A DNA stretch of 63,481 nt, the filler included, from an uncultured Synergistales bacterium (GTDB taxonomy: Bacteria > Synergistota > Synergistia > Synergistales > Aminobacteriaceae), in the NCBI GenBank assembly GCA_937897575.1. It is 7 parts of 7 records of this genome, joined end to end, with 100 filler letters (N's around TTAATTAATTAA, not from the genome) between each part and the next. Parts side by side here need not be neighbours in the genome. Positions count along the whole stretch, not along the records: positions 14,696 to 29,308 come from CALCQG010000100.1; positions 29,409 to 42,719 come from CALCQG010000105.1; 5 more parts are not named here. One strand, given 5' to 3'. This document shows, one piece after another, positions 20,655-30,159 of this stretch. The notes beneath the pieces were generated by a model. That model saw only the letters and a program-made list of their open reading frames with translations, was not told the DNA's origin and ran no database searches. The first letter of the stretch is position 1, and each line of letters opens with the position of its first letter. A program made the translations under genes and the position numbers.

Positions 20655-21341
20655 ATGGTGACATTACGCTACTTCGGACACGCCGTGTTCGAGATCGTCG
20701 GCGGAGGGGCCACCCTTCTCGTGGACCCCTTCCTCACGGGCAACATCCACACGCGAGTTGCGCCCGACGACTTCGGCAAGGTGGACTATATCTTCATCAC
20801 CCACGGACACGGGGATCATATAGGCGACGCGGTGCCCATAGCGAAGCGCACGGGCGCCACCGTCGTGGCGAATGCCGAGATCTCCCACTACCTGGGGAAG
20901 CAGGGCGTGCAATGCCACTCCATGCATATCGGCGGGTCCTACGCCTTCCCCTTCGGACGGGTGAAGCTCACCATCGCGCACCACGGCTCGGATATAACGG
21001 AGGGGGACGATCTGATCCCCGGCGGGAACCCCTGCGGTTTCCTCTTCGACTTCGACGGAGTGAAGATCTACCACGCCGGGGATACGGGGTTGACCATGGA
21101 CATGCAGCTTCTGGCGAAGGAGAAGGTGACGGTGGCGCTGCTTCCCATCGGAGGGAACTACGTCATGGATATGGAGGACGCCGCCAGGGCCGTGGAGTTC
21201 ATCCAGCCGAAGATCGTCGTCCCCATGCACTACGATACCTTTCCCACCATCGCGGCGGACCCGGAGAAGTTCGCCACCCTCGTGGGGGGCAAGGTGTCGG
21301 TGCGCATCATGAAGCCCGGGGAGACGCTGGAGCTGGCCTGA
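20655..21341 (+). CDS. UPF0173 metal-dependent hydrolase (MBL fold)
   Basis: THGHGDH, YHAGDT, PIGG, PMHY. Confidence 0.88.
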   Translation: MVTLRYFGHAVFEIVGGGATLLVDPFLTGNIHTRVAPDDFGKVDYIFITHGHGDHIGDAVPIAKRTGATVVANAEISHYLGKQGVQCHSMHIGGSYAFPFGRVKLTIAHHGSDITEGDDLIPGGNPCGFLFDFDGVKIYHAGDTGLTMDMQLLAKEKVTVALLPIGGNYVMDMEDAARAVEFIQPKIVVPMHYDTFPTIAADPEKFATLVGGKVSVRIMKPGETLELA

Positions 21342-21396
21342 GGAAGAGACGGCCCGCGAAGAGCGGCCTTGCTCTGCGCGGGGCATAGACCTGCGA

Positions 21397-21436
21397 ATGA
21401 AAAGAGCCCCCGACGGCCGTCGGGGGCTCTTTTCAT
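21397..21436. terminator. bidirectional terminator
   Basis: ATGAAAAGAGCCCCCGAC/GTCGGGGGCTCTTTTCAT perfect inverted repeat between convergent genes. Confidence 0.85.
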
Positions 21437-21448
21437 AGCCTGATGCCG

Positions 21449-22315
21449 TCAGTATCGAAGACCGTAGGCGGGGTAGTAGATTCGCTTGTCGTGCAGGCCC
21501 ATCTCCTGGTCCTGAAGGGCCGCCCGGGCCTTCTCGCCCAGGTTGACGCACAGCACGGAGGTGAGGATGTGGACGAGGAACATGGGGCCCACGATGCTGC
21601 TGCCGAAGGTGGGGCTCGTGTCGCTCATGTAGAAGGAGAGGGCCGACATCTGGCATACGGGCGCCGCGGGGCTGTCCGTGATGCTGATGATGGACGCTCC
21701 GTTGGACGAGGCCTTCTGGATGGACTCCACGACCTCGATGACGTAGCTCGGCAGCTCGCACACGATCACCAGGTCCCCTTCGCCGGTGGTCCTGGCCTGT
21801 TCGATGAGGGCGAGGGAGCCCCGCTTGATGAGGGAGCTCCGGATCCCCAGCTCGATGAGACGGGTGTGAAGGGATTCGGCAACGATGGATGATATGCCCC
21901 ACCCCATGGTGTAGACCATCCGTGCCCCCCGCACCATTTCGCAGAAGTGGACGATGTCCTGGGGTTTGAGCTGGTTCCATGTGTCGTCGAGGTTGGCGTG
22001 CTCCAGCCGGAGGATCTCCTCGGGCAGGTCCTGTCTGTTGTCCATGATCCGGCCAAGCAGGGCCGTGGGGTTGACCTGTTCCAGGACGGCGTCCTGCAGA
22101 GCGCCCTTGAGGTCGGCGTACCCGGAGAAGCCAACCATCCGGGAGACCCGGACGAGCTGCGTCTTCGAAACGTCCAGCTTTTCGGCCACCTCCCCGATGG
22201 AGAGGAAGGCCGCCTCCCGCATGTTGGAGAGGATGTACTCGACGACCCGCCGCGCCTTGTTCGGCATGGTCTCAGCCTTGCTGCGCAAAAGGCTCTGAAG
22301 TTTCGTTCCATCCAT
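21449..22315 (-). CDS. RpiR/MurR family transcriptional regulator
   Basis: HTH (SIGEVAEKLDVSKTQLVRVSRMVGFSGY) plus SIS domain (ISITDS). Confidence 0.9.
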   Translation of the reverse strand: MDGTKLQSLLRSKAETMPNKARRVVEYILSNMREAAFLSIGEVAEKLDVSKTQLVRVSRMVGFSGYADLKGALQDAVLEQVNPTALLGRIMDNRQDLPEEILRLEHANLDDTWNQLKPQDIVHFCEMVRGARMVYTMGWGISSIVAESLHTRLIELGIRSSLIKRGSLALIEQARTTGEGDLVIVCELPSYVIEVVESIQKASSNGASIISITDSPAAPVCQMSALSFYMSDTSPTFGSSIVGPMFLVHILTSVLCVNLGEKARAALQDQEMGLHDKRIYYPAYGLRY

Positions 22316-22381
22316 AGGCGGTGCCTCCCCTTCGGCTCTTTTGTACAAACCGACTGTAATATTATAGTGAAAAATCGTGAA

Positions 22382-23374
22382 CTAGGGAAGGGCGGCTGCC
22401 CCTTTCGCTCCTCCGGCGGAGGTGAAGACGAGGCGCTCCTCGACGGCACGGACGGTCAGTCCGGATCGCTCGGCAAGCCGCCGGATGCCGTACTTGCCGT
22501 GCCCCGTCAGCTGGGACACCAGCGTTCCGTCCACGGACCAGGGGCCCTCGGGGTTGCGCTCCAGGAGCGACCACACCAGCGCCTCGGCTGCGGCGAGTTC
22601 GCCGAAGGCCGGGTGATGGGGGCCGGCGATCACGGATCGGGCGAGGCTCTCGGACTCCTGGAGTCCGATTCGCTGAACGGCGAAGCCCAGGTGGCGAGCT
22701 TCGTGAAGAAGGCGTCCGGCCCACAGAACGGCCTCATCCACGGAGAGAGGGCTGTAGCTGCCCGAGGCGTGGCTCCGGGCGAGGGGGGTGTTCTCGAGGA
22801 CGAGGCAGGGGTAGATCCGAAGCGTCATGGGGGCCGCTCCCTTCATGGCCGCCATGCGCCGGAGGTCCTCCCGGGAGCTCTCCTCCGTCTGGCCGGGAAG
22901 GCCGATCATCATCTGGGCGCACAGGGCGAACTTCCGGGCGAGAACGAGGGCCATGGTGTCCAGGACGAGACGGCCCGTGTACCCTCTGTTGCACACCGCG
23001 AGGACGGAGTCGTCCAGGGAGGATATGCCGAGCTCCACCATGGAGACGGGGTAGGGGGCGAGCTCGGAAAGCACCTGCCCCGTGATGCACTCCGGATGGG
23101 TGGAGAACCGGACCGTGCTCCCCTTGGGGGCGTTCAGCACGGCGGAGAGGTAGGCGGTGCGGCGGTCCGGGGGAAGACAGGTAAAACTCCCGCCGAAGTA
23201 GCAGACCTCCCGGGGACCGTCGAGGGACGAAAGAGCACGGGCGACATCCTCGGGCGACGGAATGCGCCCGATACCCGTGATCTCCCCCTGGTCGCAGTAG
23301 ACGCACCGTCTGGGGCAGCGCACCATGGGCAGGAAGAAGGGCAGACGCTGCATAGTGCCCGGCCGCTCCGTCAC
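22382..23374 (-). CDS. radical SAM protein (Elp3/YhcC-like)
   Basis: CPRRCVYCDQ cluster motif, YFGGSFT, STHPE, QMMIGLP, LRIYP, AGPHHPAF. Start is GTG 23374 (coupled to the upstream stop) or ATG 23353. Confidence 0.85.
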   Translation of the reverse strand: MTERPGTMQRLPFFLPMVRCPRRCVYCDQGEITGIGRIPSPEDVARALSSLDGPREVCYFGGSFTCLPPDRRTAYLSAVLNAPKGSTVRFSTHPECITGQVLSELAPYPVSMVELGISSLDDSVLAVCNRGYTGRLVLDTMALVLARKFALCAQMMIGLPGQTEESSREDLRRMAAMKGAAPMTLRIYPCLVLENTPLARSHASGSYSPLSVDEAVLWAGRLLHEARHLGFAVQRIGLQESESLARSVIAGPHHPAFGELAAAEALVWSLLERNPEGPWSVDGTLVSQLTGHGKYGIRRLAERSGLTVRAVEERLVFTSAGGAKGAAALP

Positions 23375-23811
23375 GGCGTGGCGTCGTTCCAACGGGCGCC
23401 CTCTTCGAGGAGCACCGCCCAGGCGAAAAAGTCCGCCTGGGATTCGAAGCTCGAGAGAGGCGTGGCCGTCCGCGACCAGAGCGAGACGCCGCCTCGGTGG
23501 GCGAGGAAGTGGTAGAGCTCGTGAAACAGCACGAATCGCCGCCACTGGTGCGAGAGCGCGGCGTTGACGAAGATGCCCCCCCTGTCCCCCTTGACCACGT
23601 GAAAACCCCATACTCCCGGGGAGAGGGGAGAGTAGGTCACCTCCAGACGCTTCCCCGTGTGCTCCTCGGCCTTGACGAGGATGGAGAAGTCGTCCAGCCC
23701 GGCCCACTCTCTGCCCTCCGCCACAGCCCACTTGGGAAGGACGTCGGGAGGGGACGGGAAATCGAAACCGACGGGGGATGACTCGTCCTGTACCGGTTTA
23801 AGCGCCGCCAT
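23371..23811 (-). CDS. ImmA/IrrE family metallo-endopeptidase
   Basis: RRFVLFHELYHF (HExxH) plus ESQADFFA. Confidence 0.85.
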   Translation of the reverse strand: MAALKPVQDESSPVGFDFPSPPDVLPKWAVAEGREWAGLDDFSILVKAEEHTGKRLEVTYSPLSPGVWGFHVVKGDRGGIFVNAALSHQWRRFVLFHELYHFLAHRGGVSLWSRTATPLSSFESQADFFAWAVLLEEGARWNDATP

Positions 23812-24163
23812 CCTCTCGGTCCTCCGCCTCCCAGCGCGAGATGGCCGCATCGACGAGACTCTGGACGAATTTCAGCTCCCGTGGCCGGAGTTTCTTGCTG
23901 CGGTACCACACCTCGACCTCGGGGCTGGCCTGAAGGACCTCCTCGAGTTGCAGGCGCCCGGATCCGGAGACGGATTTCACAAGGTCCTGCACCTCGACCT
24001 GGAGCGATTCCGCGAGACGGGAGAGCAGCTTCATGGACGGCGTGCGCCTGTTGCTCTCCAACGCCTGGATGTATATCCTGCTCACCGACGTCCGGTCGGC
24101 AAGGGCCTGTTGCGTCAGCCCTACGGCTTTGCGAAGCGTGCGAATCCGCGTTCCGAGACTCAT
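23798..24163 (-). CDS. XRE family HTH transcriptional regulator
   Basis: LGTRIRTLRKAVGLTQQALA...YIQALESNRRTPS; GGGGAGG RBS. Confidence 0.92.
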   Translation of the reverse strand: MSLGTRIRTLRKAVGLTQQALADRTSVSRIYIQALESNRRTPSMKLLSRLAESLQVEVQDLVKSVSGSGRLQLEEVLQASPEVEVWYRSKKLRPRELKFVQSLVDAAISRWEAEDREDGGA

Positions 24164-24204
24164 GATCGTCCCTCCCCAGGGTATGTCTTCAAAAAATATG
24201 TATA

Positions 24205-24232
24205 ATTATAACCTTGTTGACAAGATGTGCAA
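24205..24232 (-). promoter_or_regulatory. sigma70 promoter of the XRE-ImmA-radical SAM operon
   Basis: Minus strand TTGCAC-16nt-TATAAT. Confidence 0.6.
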
Positions 24233-24256
24233 GTCCCTTGCACAGTTCGCACCCTG

Positions 24257-24285
24257 TTGCCACGTTTTCCATTTTGGAATATATT
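24257..24285 (+). promoter_or_regulatory. promoter of the LysR gene
   Basis: TTGCCA-17nt-TATATT. Confidence 0.55.
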
Positions 24286-24319
24286 GGATGCATCGAATTA
24301 TGCGCAGGGAGGGAGAAAA

Positions 24320-25201
24320 GTGGATATCCGCGAACTGCAAAGCCTCGTCGAAGTCCTGGAGAAGGGCAGCATATCGGCCGCCGCCGCCGCCCTCGGCATA
24401 TCGCAGCCGGCGGTGAGCAAGCACATAGCGAAGCTGGAGCGCGAACTGGGCATGGTCCTCTTCGTCCGAGGACAGAAGTGTTCCAACCTTACGGCGGAGG
24501 GGGAGATCCTGTACAAGTTCGCCAGAAAGACCGTCTCGCATCTGGCCGACATCCGCCGGGACTTCGCGAACAGGGGAGAGGGCGTCTCGGGACTTGTCCG
24601 GATCAGCGCCAGCTCCATACCGGGTAACTACATCCTGCCCGGCCTGCTGGTGGCGTTCAGGGGGCTCTTTCCAGGCATCGAGGTCGAGGTCCACACCTCG
24701 GACTCCCGCGAGGCCATCGAAAAACTGGTGACCAGAGAGGCCGATATAGCCATGACCGGGCAGGGCAGACACGCCTCGGGGTTCACGTCGGTCCCCTTCG
24801 TCCAGGACGAGCTGGTCCTCATGGTCTCCTCGGGGCACCGGCTCGCGAAGAGGAAAAGCGTCCGCCTCGAGGAGCTCGAGCCCCTCGACCTCGTGGCCAG
24901 AGTGACGGGGTCCTCAACGGCGAGAATCTGGGAAGACGCGTACAAGAGCGCCACGGGCAAGACGAAGCGCGCGTCGATCAAGTTCAACAGCGTCGGCGCC
25001 GTCATCGAAGCGGTGAAGAGAGGTGCGGAGGGGACCATCATCTCTCTGCTCGCCGCCTCGGATATTCCGGGGTTCACGCTGGTCCCCTTCTCCTCACCTC
25101 TCGTCCGCGTGTTCTCCATCACCTACGGCACCCTGTCCACACGGGCCATGGACGAGCTGGTCAGCTTCCTGGAGGAGAGGAGGTCCTGCACCGATGAGTG
25201 A
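24320..25201 (+). CDS. LysR family transcriptional regulator (CysL-like)
   Basis: GSISAAAAALGISQPAVSKHIAKLE HTH; ASSIPGNYILP. Confidence 0.9.
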   Translation: MDIRELQSLVEVLEKGSISAAAAALGISQPAVSKHIAKLERELGMVLFVRGQKCSNLTAEGEILYKFARKTVSHLADIRRDFANRGEGVSGLVRISASSIPGNYILPGLLVAFRGLFPGIEVEVHTSDSREAIEKLVTREADIAMTGQGRHASGFTSVPFVQDELVLMVSSGHRLAKRKSVRLEELEPLDLVARVTGSSTARIWEDAYKSATGKTKRASIKFNSVGAVIEAVKRGAEGTIISLLAASDIPGFTLVPFSSPLVRVFSITYGTLSTRAMDELVSFLEERRSCTDE

Positions 25202-25703
25202 CGAAGCGCAACGAACCCCGTCGCCCGAGGAGAGCGACGAACGGGCGGTGGAGTCGGTCCGATCCTTTCTTCGCGAGCGAAATTTTCCCGTCGAGATCGT
25301 CACGTCCCGCGACACGATCTTCACGGTGGAGGATGCCTCGAAAGCGGTGGGAGCCCCTTCTGAACATATTTTGAAAAGCCTTGTCCTCCTCGCCGACGAC
25401 CGGCCCGTCCTCGCCCTCATGTCGGGGGTCAACAAGGTGGACGTGAAAAAGGTCCGCCGCGCCACGGGCGCGAAGAAGGTCCGGATGGCGACCCCGGAGT
25501 ACGTCTTTCAATGGTCCGGGTTCAAAATCGGCGGCGTGCCGCCCGTGGGCTATCCAGAAAAGGTCCCGGCCCTGCTCGATGACGATCTGTTCCTGTACCC
25601 CATCGTCTGGTCCGCTGCCGGGACGGACCACACCTTCTTCCCCATCTCGCCCGGCGAACTCGCCCGGATTACGGAGGGGGAGCGGTGTGAAATAAAGAAA
25701 TAA
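25194..25703 (+). CDS. YbaK/EbsC family aminoacyl-tRNA deacylase
   Basis: ILKSL, GFKIGGVPP, SAAGT. Confidence 0.88.
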   Translation: MSDEAQRTPSPEESDERAVESVRSFLRERNFPVEIVTSRDTIFTVEDASKAVGAPSEHILKSLVLLADDRPVLALMSGVNKVDVKKVRRATGAKKVRMATPEYVFQWSGFKIGGVPPVGYPEKVPALLDDDLFLYPIVWSAAGTDHTFFPISPGELARITEGERCEIKK

Positions 25704-25828
25704 GAGGGTGGACACGCGAGAGCGTGTTGGCTTCGGTATGGGGTGCAGGTATCGATAGCGCCGCCCTCACGAAGAGGGCGATCGAGGAGAACGTGCTCTT
25801 CCACGGTCATTTTCCATTGTCATGCTTC

Positions 25829-25863
25829 AAAACGGCCGACGGGAGGCTCTCCCGCCGGCCGTT
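25829..25863 (-). terminator. terminator after the asparaginase-like gene
   Basis: Minus strand AACGGCCGGCGGGAG...CTCCCGTCGGCCGTTTT. Confidence 0.65.
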
Positions 25864-25893
25864 CGGATTTTGGATCGTGCGCCTTGTCCTCCG

Positions 25894-26886
25894 TTACCCC
25901 TCCAGAAGATACTGCTGGAGAGCGCCCCCTTTCAGTTCGGCGCCAAGGGCTACTGCCAGCTTGATGCGCGCCTGGACCGGCCTGAGATGTCCTCCGTCGA
26001 GGACGCCGAGCTCCAGGAGTCTCGAGAAGCTCCCCTCGAAAGTTTGTCCGCCGGGACTTGTGTGCCCCTGATGGCATCGGCTTGTGACGACCACGCTTAC
26101 TCCATCCTTAATAATTTTTTTAATGTGGGGAATCCAGGATGGGGGGACGCTTCCACTGCCGAAAGCGCTGATGACGACGCCTTCGAGCTTCCGTTTTTTG
26201 TCGGAGGAGAGCATTTCGAGAAGGTCGTCCCCTCCGCCCAGGGTGGCGTACAGCAGCTCCACATCCCGAGCCGGCGGGTTGTCCGATACGATCCGGGAGC
26301 GGATGGGCTGTCGGAGGATGTCCACCCTGTCGGCAATGAACTGGCCGATGGGGCCGCGGCCGGGCGCCGAAAAGGCGCTCTTCCTCTGGCACTCCGTCTC
26401 CGTCACCTCCGAGGCGGCGAAGAGCTGCTCCTGAACGCAGACAAGGACACCCATACCCCACGTCTCCTCGGCTGCCGCCGCCAGAACCGCCTGGTACAGG
26501 TTTGCGGCGGCGTCGGCCCCGAGGCCGTCCGAGGGCATCGTCGACCCGGTGAAGACGACGGGCTGGGGGTAGCTCCAGTACAGGTCCGTGAGATAGGCCA
26601 TCTCCTCCATGGTGTCGGTCCCGCAGGAGACGACCACGCCCGAGGCTCCGTCGATCACCGTTTTGGCGAGGATCTGCACGAGGTCGAAGGTCATCCTCAT
26701 GCTGTAGTGGCTGCTCGGCTGATGGCTCCAGTCCATGGGGACGATCCGCCCCGTCATGCTCTCGGGAAGCCAGGAGATCATCTGTTGGGAGGTCACGGTG
26801 GGCTGCAGGGACTTGGACTCCTTGTTGAACTGCGTACCCACCTGTCCGCCGGTGACCACCAGGGCGATTTTTTCACGCTGTGCCAT
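25894..26886 (-). CDS. asparaginase/glutaminase-fold protein with altered active site
   Basis: VTGGQ, CGTDTMEE, PVVFTGS, DAAANL, GSGSVP, VVVTSRC. Confidence 0.85.
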   Translation of the reverse strand: MAQREKIALVVTGGQVGTQFNKESKSLQPTVTSQQMISWLPESMTGRIVPMDWSHQPSSHYSMRMTFDLVQILAKTVIDGASGVVVSCGTDTMEEMAYLTDLYWSYPQPVVFTGSTMPSDGLGADAAANLYQAVLAAAAEETWGMGVLVCVQEQLFAASEVTETECQRKSAFSAPGRGPIGQFIADRVDILRQPIRSRIVSDNPPARDVELLYATLGGGDDLLEMLSSDKKRKLEGVVISAFGSGSVPPSWIPHIKKIIKDGVSVVVTSRCHQGHTSPGGQTFEGSFSRLLELGVLDGGHLRPVQARIKLAVALGAELKGGALQQYLLEG

Positions 26887-26957
26887 GAGGGACCTCCTTC
26901 AACACAGAGATGCAAAGTATCTAGGCTGTCCGGCGAAGAAGCTTCGCCCGAGAGGAC

Positions 26958-27614
26958 CTAGAAGCCCAGGTCGTCTCCCACAAGGATGACGTGGGAGGTT
27001 CGCCCCGTCGTCGCCCGCTCGAGGATCAGCAGGGCCTTGCAGGCTCGTTCCGGTGCGTTGCAGTTCACGCAGTGCCCCGTCTTCGTGCAGGGGGGCTGCA
27101 GGTTCAGCCGCAGCGCGTTGGGCGGAGTGGCGACGTTGCGCGTCCGCGCTATGGCTTCGTCCAGGTCCTTGGTCACCTTGTTCATCCCGGCGACGAAGAT
27201 GATCGTGTTTCTTCCCCAGGCCATACCGCTTACCCTGTTGCCGTTTCCGTCGATGTTCACCAGGGTCCCGTCGAGGGTGACGGCGTTGGTCCCCGTGAGG
27301 AAGTACTGGGCCAGCAGTTCGTCCTGAAGGGTCTGCATGCGCTGCTCCTGGGTGAGGGAGGGGTCCCAGTGGTGGATAACCGTGCATCCCCGTGCCCGGA
27401 GGCCTTCCACCGCCCCGATCTCGCGTATGGTGACGCTGCCGGGAATGCCGACGGTGGCACCCTCGGGGATTATCCTGAAGACTTCGGCCAGTGCCTCCTC
27501 TTTCGTGGGGACGTACTGGGCCTGGAATCCCTTGGCCGTGAGGGATCGCACCAACGTTGCCCCGAGGACCTTCCAATGTTCACGCCGGGCTGCCGCAAAG
27601 GATGACTGCTCCAT
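26958..27614 (-). CDS. LUD-domain (lactate utilization, YkgG/LutC-like) protein
   Basis: GTNAVTLDGTLVNIDGNGNRV, AGMNK, PCTKTGHCVNC..RAC. Confidence 0.85.
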   Translation of the reverse strand: MEQSSFAAARREHWKVLGATLVRSLTAKGFQAQYVPTKEEALAEVFRIIPEGATVGIPGSVTIREIGAVEGLRARGCTVIHHWDPSLTQEQRMQTLQDELLAQYFLTGTNAVTLDGTLVNIDGNGNRVSGMAWGRNTIIFVAGMNKVTKDLDEAIARTRNVATPPNALRLNLQPPCTKTGHCVNCNAPERACKALLILERATTGRTSHVILVGDDLGF

Positions 27615-27745
27615 ATTCTTCACCTCTGACCTGTCGTGTTTCGGTACCTGTATCGTCCGTATCATGGCAAGAAAAGGTCTTTTTGTCCAGTTTTCGGACC
27701 TGGTGGCGCTGAGCGAGTGTCGTTATTGGTGTAAAGGTTTTATCG

Positions 27746-27774
27746 TTGACACCGTTCGAAGAAGGGATTATACT
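27746..27774 (+). promoter_or_regulatory. promoter of ylxM-ffh
   Basis: TTGACA-17nt-TATACT. Confidence 0.8.
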
Positions 27775-27797
27775 ACCTCTGTTTCGGGAGGTGCGCC

Positions 27798-28130
27798 ATG
27801 GCGAGGGATGAAATGCTGCTTACAAGAAGATCACAGGGCGATCAGCTCTACGACCTCTATGCCCCGCTTCTCACGGCAAGGCAGCGCCAGGCGTGGGAGT
27901 TCCACGAGTTCTCCGACCTTTCCCTTGCCGAAACGGCGGAGGCCATGGGCACAAGCAGGCAGGCCGTGCACGAGCTCATAACGAGAAGCAGGGAACGCCT
28001 TGCGGAGCTTGAAGGGCTTCTCGGGTTCCATGCGCGGGAGGAAGGGCTCAAAAAGGAGATCCGCAGGCTGAACGAACGCCTTGACGGTGGGGAAGAGGAG
28101 GGCATGGGACGTGTTCGAGACGCTTCGTGA
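27798..28130 (+). CDS. ylxM: YlxM family SRP-associated protein
   Basis: LYDLYAPLLTARQ...DLSLAE..SRQAV; directly upstream of ffh. Confidence 0.9.
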   Translation: MARDEMLLTRRSQGDQLYDLYAPLLTARQRQAWEFHEFSDLSLAETAEAMGTSRQAVHELITRSRERLAELEGLLGFHAREEGLKKEIRRLNERLDGGEEEGMGRVRDAS

Positions 28131-29308
28131 ACGCCTTGACAGCGTCCTGGGCAAGCTGAAGGGACGGGGTAAACTCTCAGAGGGCGATGTTGAGACGGCC
28201 CTTCGGGAGGTCCGGCGGGGTCTGCTCGAGGCGGACGTGGACTACAAGGTGGTCAAGACCCTTGTCGAGACCATACGGGAGCGGGCCGTCGGCCGCGAGG
28301 TCCTTGACTCCATAACGCCGGGACAGCAGGTTGCCGCAATTGTCTATGAGGAGCTCTCAGCCCTTATGGGTACGGACCCGGTGGCGCTCGTCATATCGCC
28401 GAAGCCTCCCACCGTGTATCTCATGGTGGGGTTGCAGGGCGGTGGAAAGACGACGTCCACGGTGAAGATCGCCCGGAAGCTCGCGAGCGGTCATAAACCT
28501 CTCGTCGTGGCCTGTGACATGCGCCGCCCTGCGGCGGTGGAGCAGCTTCAGGTGCTTGCGAAGCAGTCGAAGATCCCCTTCTTCGGGCCCGAGCCGGGGG
28601 AGAAGGACGTCTTGCCCGTCGTCCGCCGGGCGCTCCGGCACGCGGCCGATCACCTGAACGACGTGATCCTCTTCGACACGGCGGGGCGCCTCCACATGGA
28701 CCAGGAGCTCATGGACGAGCTCGTTGCGGTGAAGGAGGCCGTCCAGCCGACGGAGATCCTGCTCGTGGTGGATGCCATGACGGGGCAGGAGGCCGTCCGG
28801 GTTGCCCAATCCTTCCACGAGAAGCTGTCCATCACCGGGGTAGTGCTCTCGAAGCTGGACGGCGACGCCCGGGGCGGTGCCGCCCTTGCCATACGGCAGG
28901 TGACCGGCGTCCCCATAAAACTGGCGGGCGTCGGCGAGGGGACTGATGCCCTCGAGGTCTTCGACGCGCGGCGCATGGCCCAAAGGATCATGGGCATGGG
29001 CGACGTCATGGGGCTGGCGGAGAAGATTCAGCAGATGACCGACTCCGGGGCCGCCGAGAAGATGGCCGAGAGCATCAAGAAAAAATTCACTCTGGACGAC
29101 CTGCTCTCTCAGTTCGAGCAGATCGAGAAGATGGGCCCCCTGGAGAAGGTCCTGGATATGATCCCCGGGTTCAGCAAGATGAAGGGGATGGGGGGCGACG
29201 ACCTCGATCCGAAGCGCCTCAGACAGTCGAAGGCCATCATCCAGTCCATGACGAAGGGCGAACGGCGCGATCCGGGGAACATCAAGGGCAGCAGACGCCG
29301 GCGGATAG
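28111..29308 (+). CDS. ffh: signal recognition particle protein, 3'-truncated
   Basis: LLEADV, GLQGGGKTT, DTAGR, KLDGDARGG, GMGD. Confidence 0.97.
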
Positions 29309-29408
29309 NNNNNNNNNNNNNNNNNNNNNNNNNNNNNNNNNNNNNNNNNNNNTTAATTAATTAANNNNNNNNNNNNNNNNNNNNNNNNNNNNNNNNNNNN
29401 NNNNNNNN
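29309..29408. other. artificial contig linker
   Basis: N-run + TTAATTAATTAA + N-run. Confidence 0.99.
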
Positions 29409-29409
29409 G

Positions 29410-30150
29410 TATATCTGTTATGGAGTGCTCCGGGGCATGGGCGGCAGCATCTGGTTCGCCGGAGCCCTCTCCCTCGTCGGCGCGGGCGTGGCGGCGGTGC
29501 TCACCGAGCGCCTGGCCTACCGCCCGATCCGTGAGCGGACCAACGTCACGCTCTACCTGCTCATCGCCTCCATGGGGATGAGCATCGTCATAGAGAACAT
29601 CTTCGTCATCGTGGCGGGCGGCCGGTTCAGGGCTCTGCCCCCCGTCATCCCGACGGCTCCCGTGGACTTCTTCGGCCTCGCCACGACGAGTGCCTTCGAC
29701 ATCCTCTCCCTCGTCACGGCCGTCGTCTTCCTGGGCGGACTCCAGATATTCCTCACCAAGACCAGATGGGGGCTGGCCATCCGCGCTGCGGCCTACGACC
29801 TCCGGACGGCGGGGCTGATGGGCGTCAACGTCAACCGCCTCATCTCCATCGTATTCTTCGTCGCCGGCGCCCTGGCGGCTGTGGGCGGCATCTTCCTCTC
29901 GGTGCGCTACACCCTGTACCCCCAGCTGGGCGGCATCACGACCAAGGCCTTCATCGCGGCGGTCATTGGGGGGCTGGGGTCGCTGCCCGGTGCGGTGGTA
30001 GGAAGCCTCATCCTCGGCCTGGCCGAGATGCTCACCGCCGGGTTCATCTCGAGTCAGATGCGGGACCTCGTCGTTTTCTCCCTGCTGGTGATCACCCTGC
30101 TCGTCAAACCCTCCGGGCTCTTCGGCAAGAGCGTCGGCGAGAAAGTGTAG
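29410..30150 (+). CDS. livH: branched-chain amino acid ABC permease, 5'-truncated
   Basis: ERLAYRP, GLAIRA, KAFIAAVIGGLGS. Confidence 0.9.
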   Translation, partial: YICYGVLRGMGGSIWFAGALSLVGAGVAAVLTERLAYRPIRERTNVTLYLLIASMGMSIVIENIFVIVAGGRFRALPPVIPTAPVDFFGLATTSAFDILSLVTAVVFLGGLQIFLTKTRWGLAIRAAAYDLRTAGLMGVNVNRLISIVFFVAGALAAVGGIFLSVRYTLYPQLGGITTKAFIAAVIGGLGSLPGAVVGSLILGLAEMLTAGFISSQMRDLVVFSLLVITLLVKPSGLFGKSVGEKV

Positions 30151-30159
30151 GGCGGGGCC

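Noticed and set aside
23371..24163. XRE-ImmA pair as evidence of a prophage or ICE
   Set aside because: No integrase, att site, replication, conjugation or structural genes nearby, and the flanks are core-like. Reported as a regulatory module instead.
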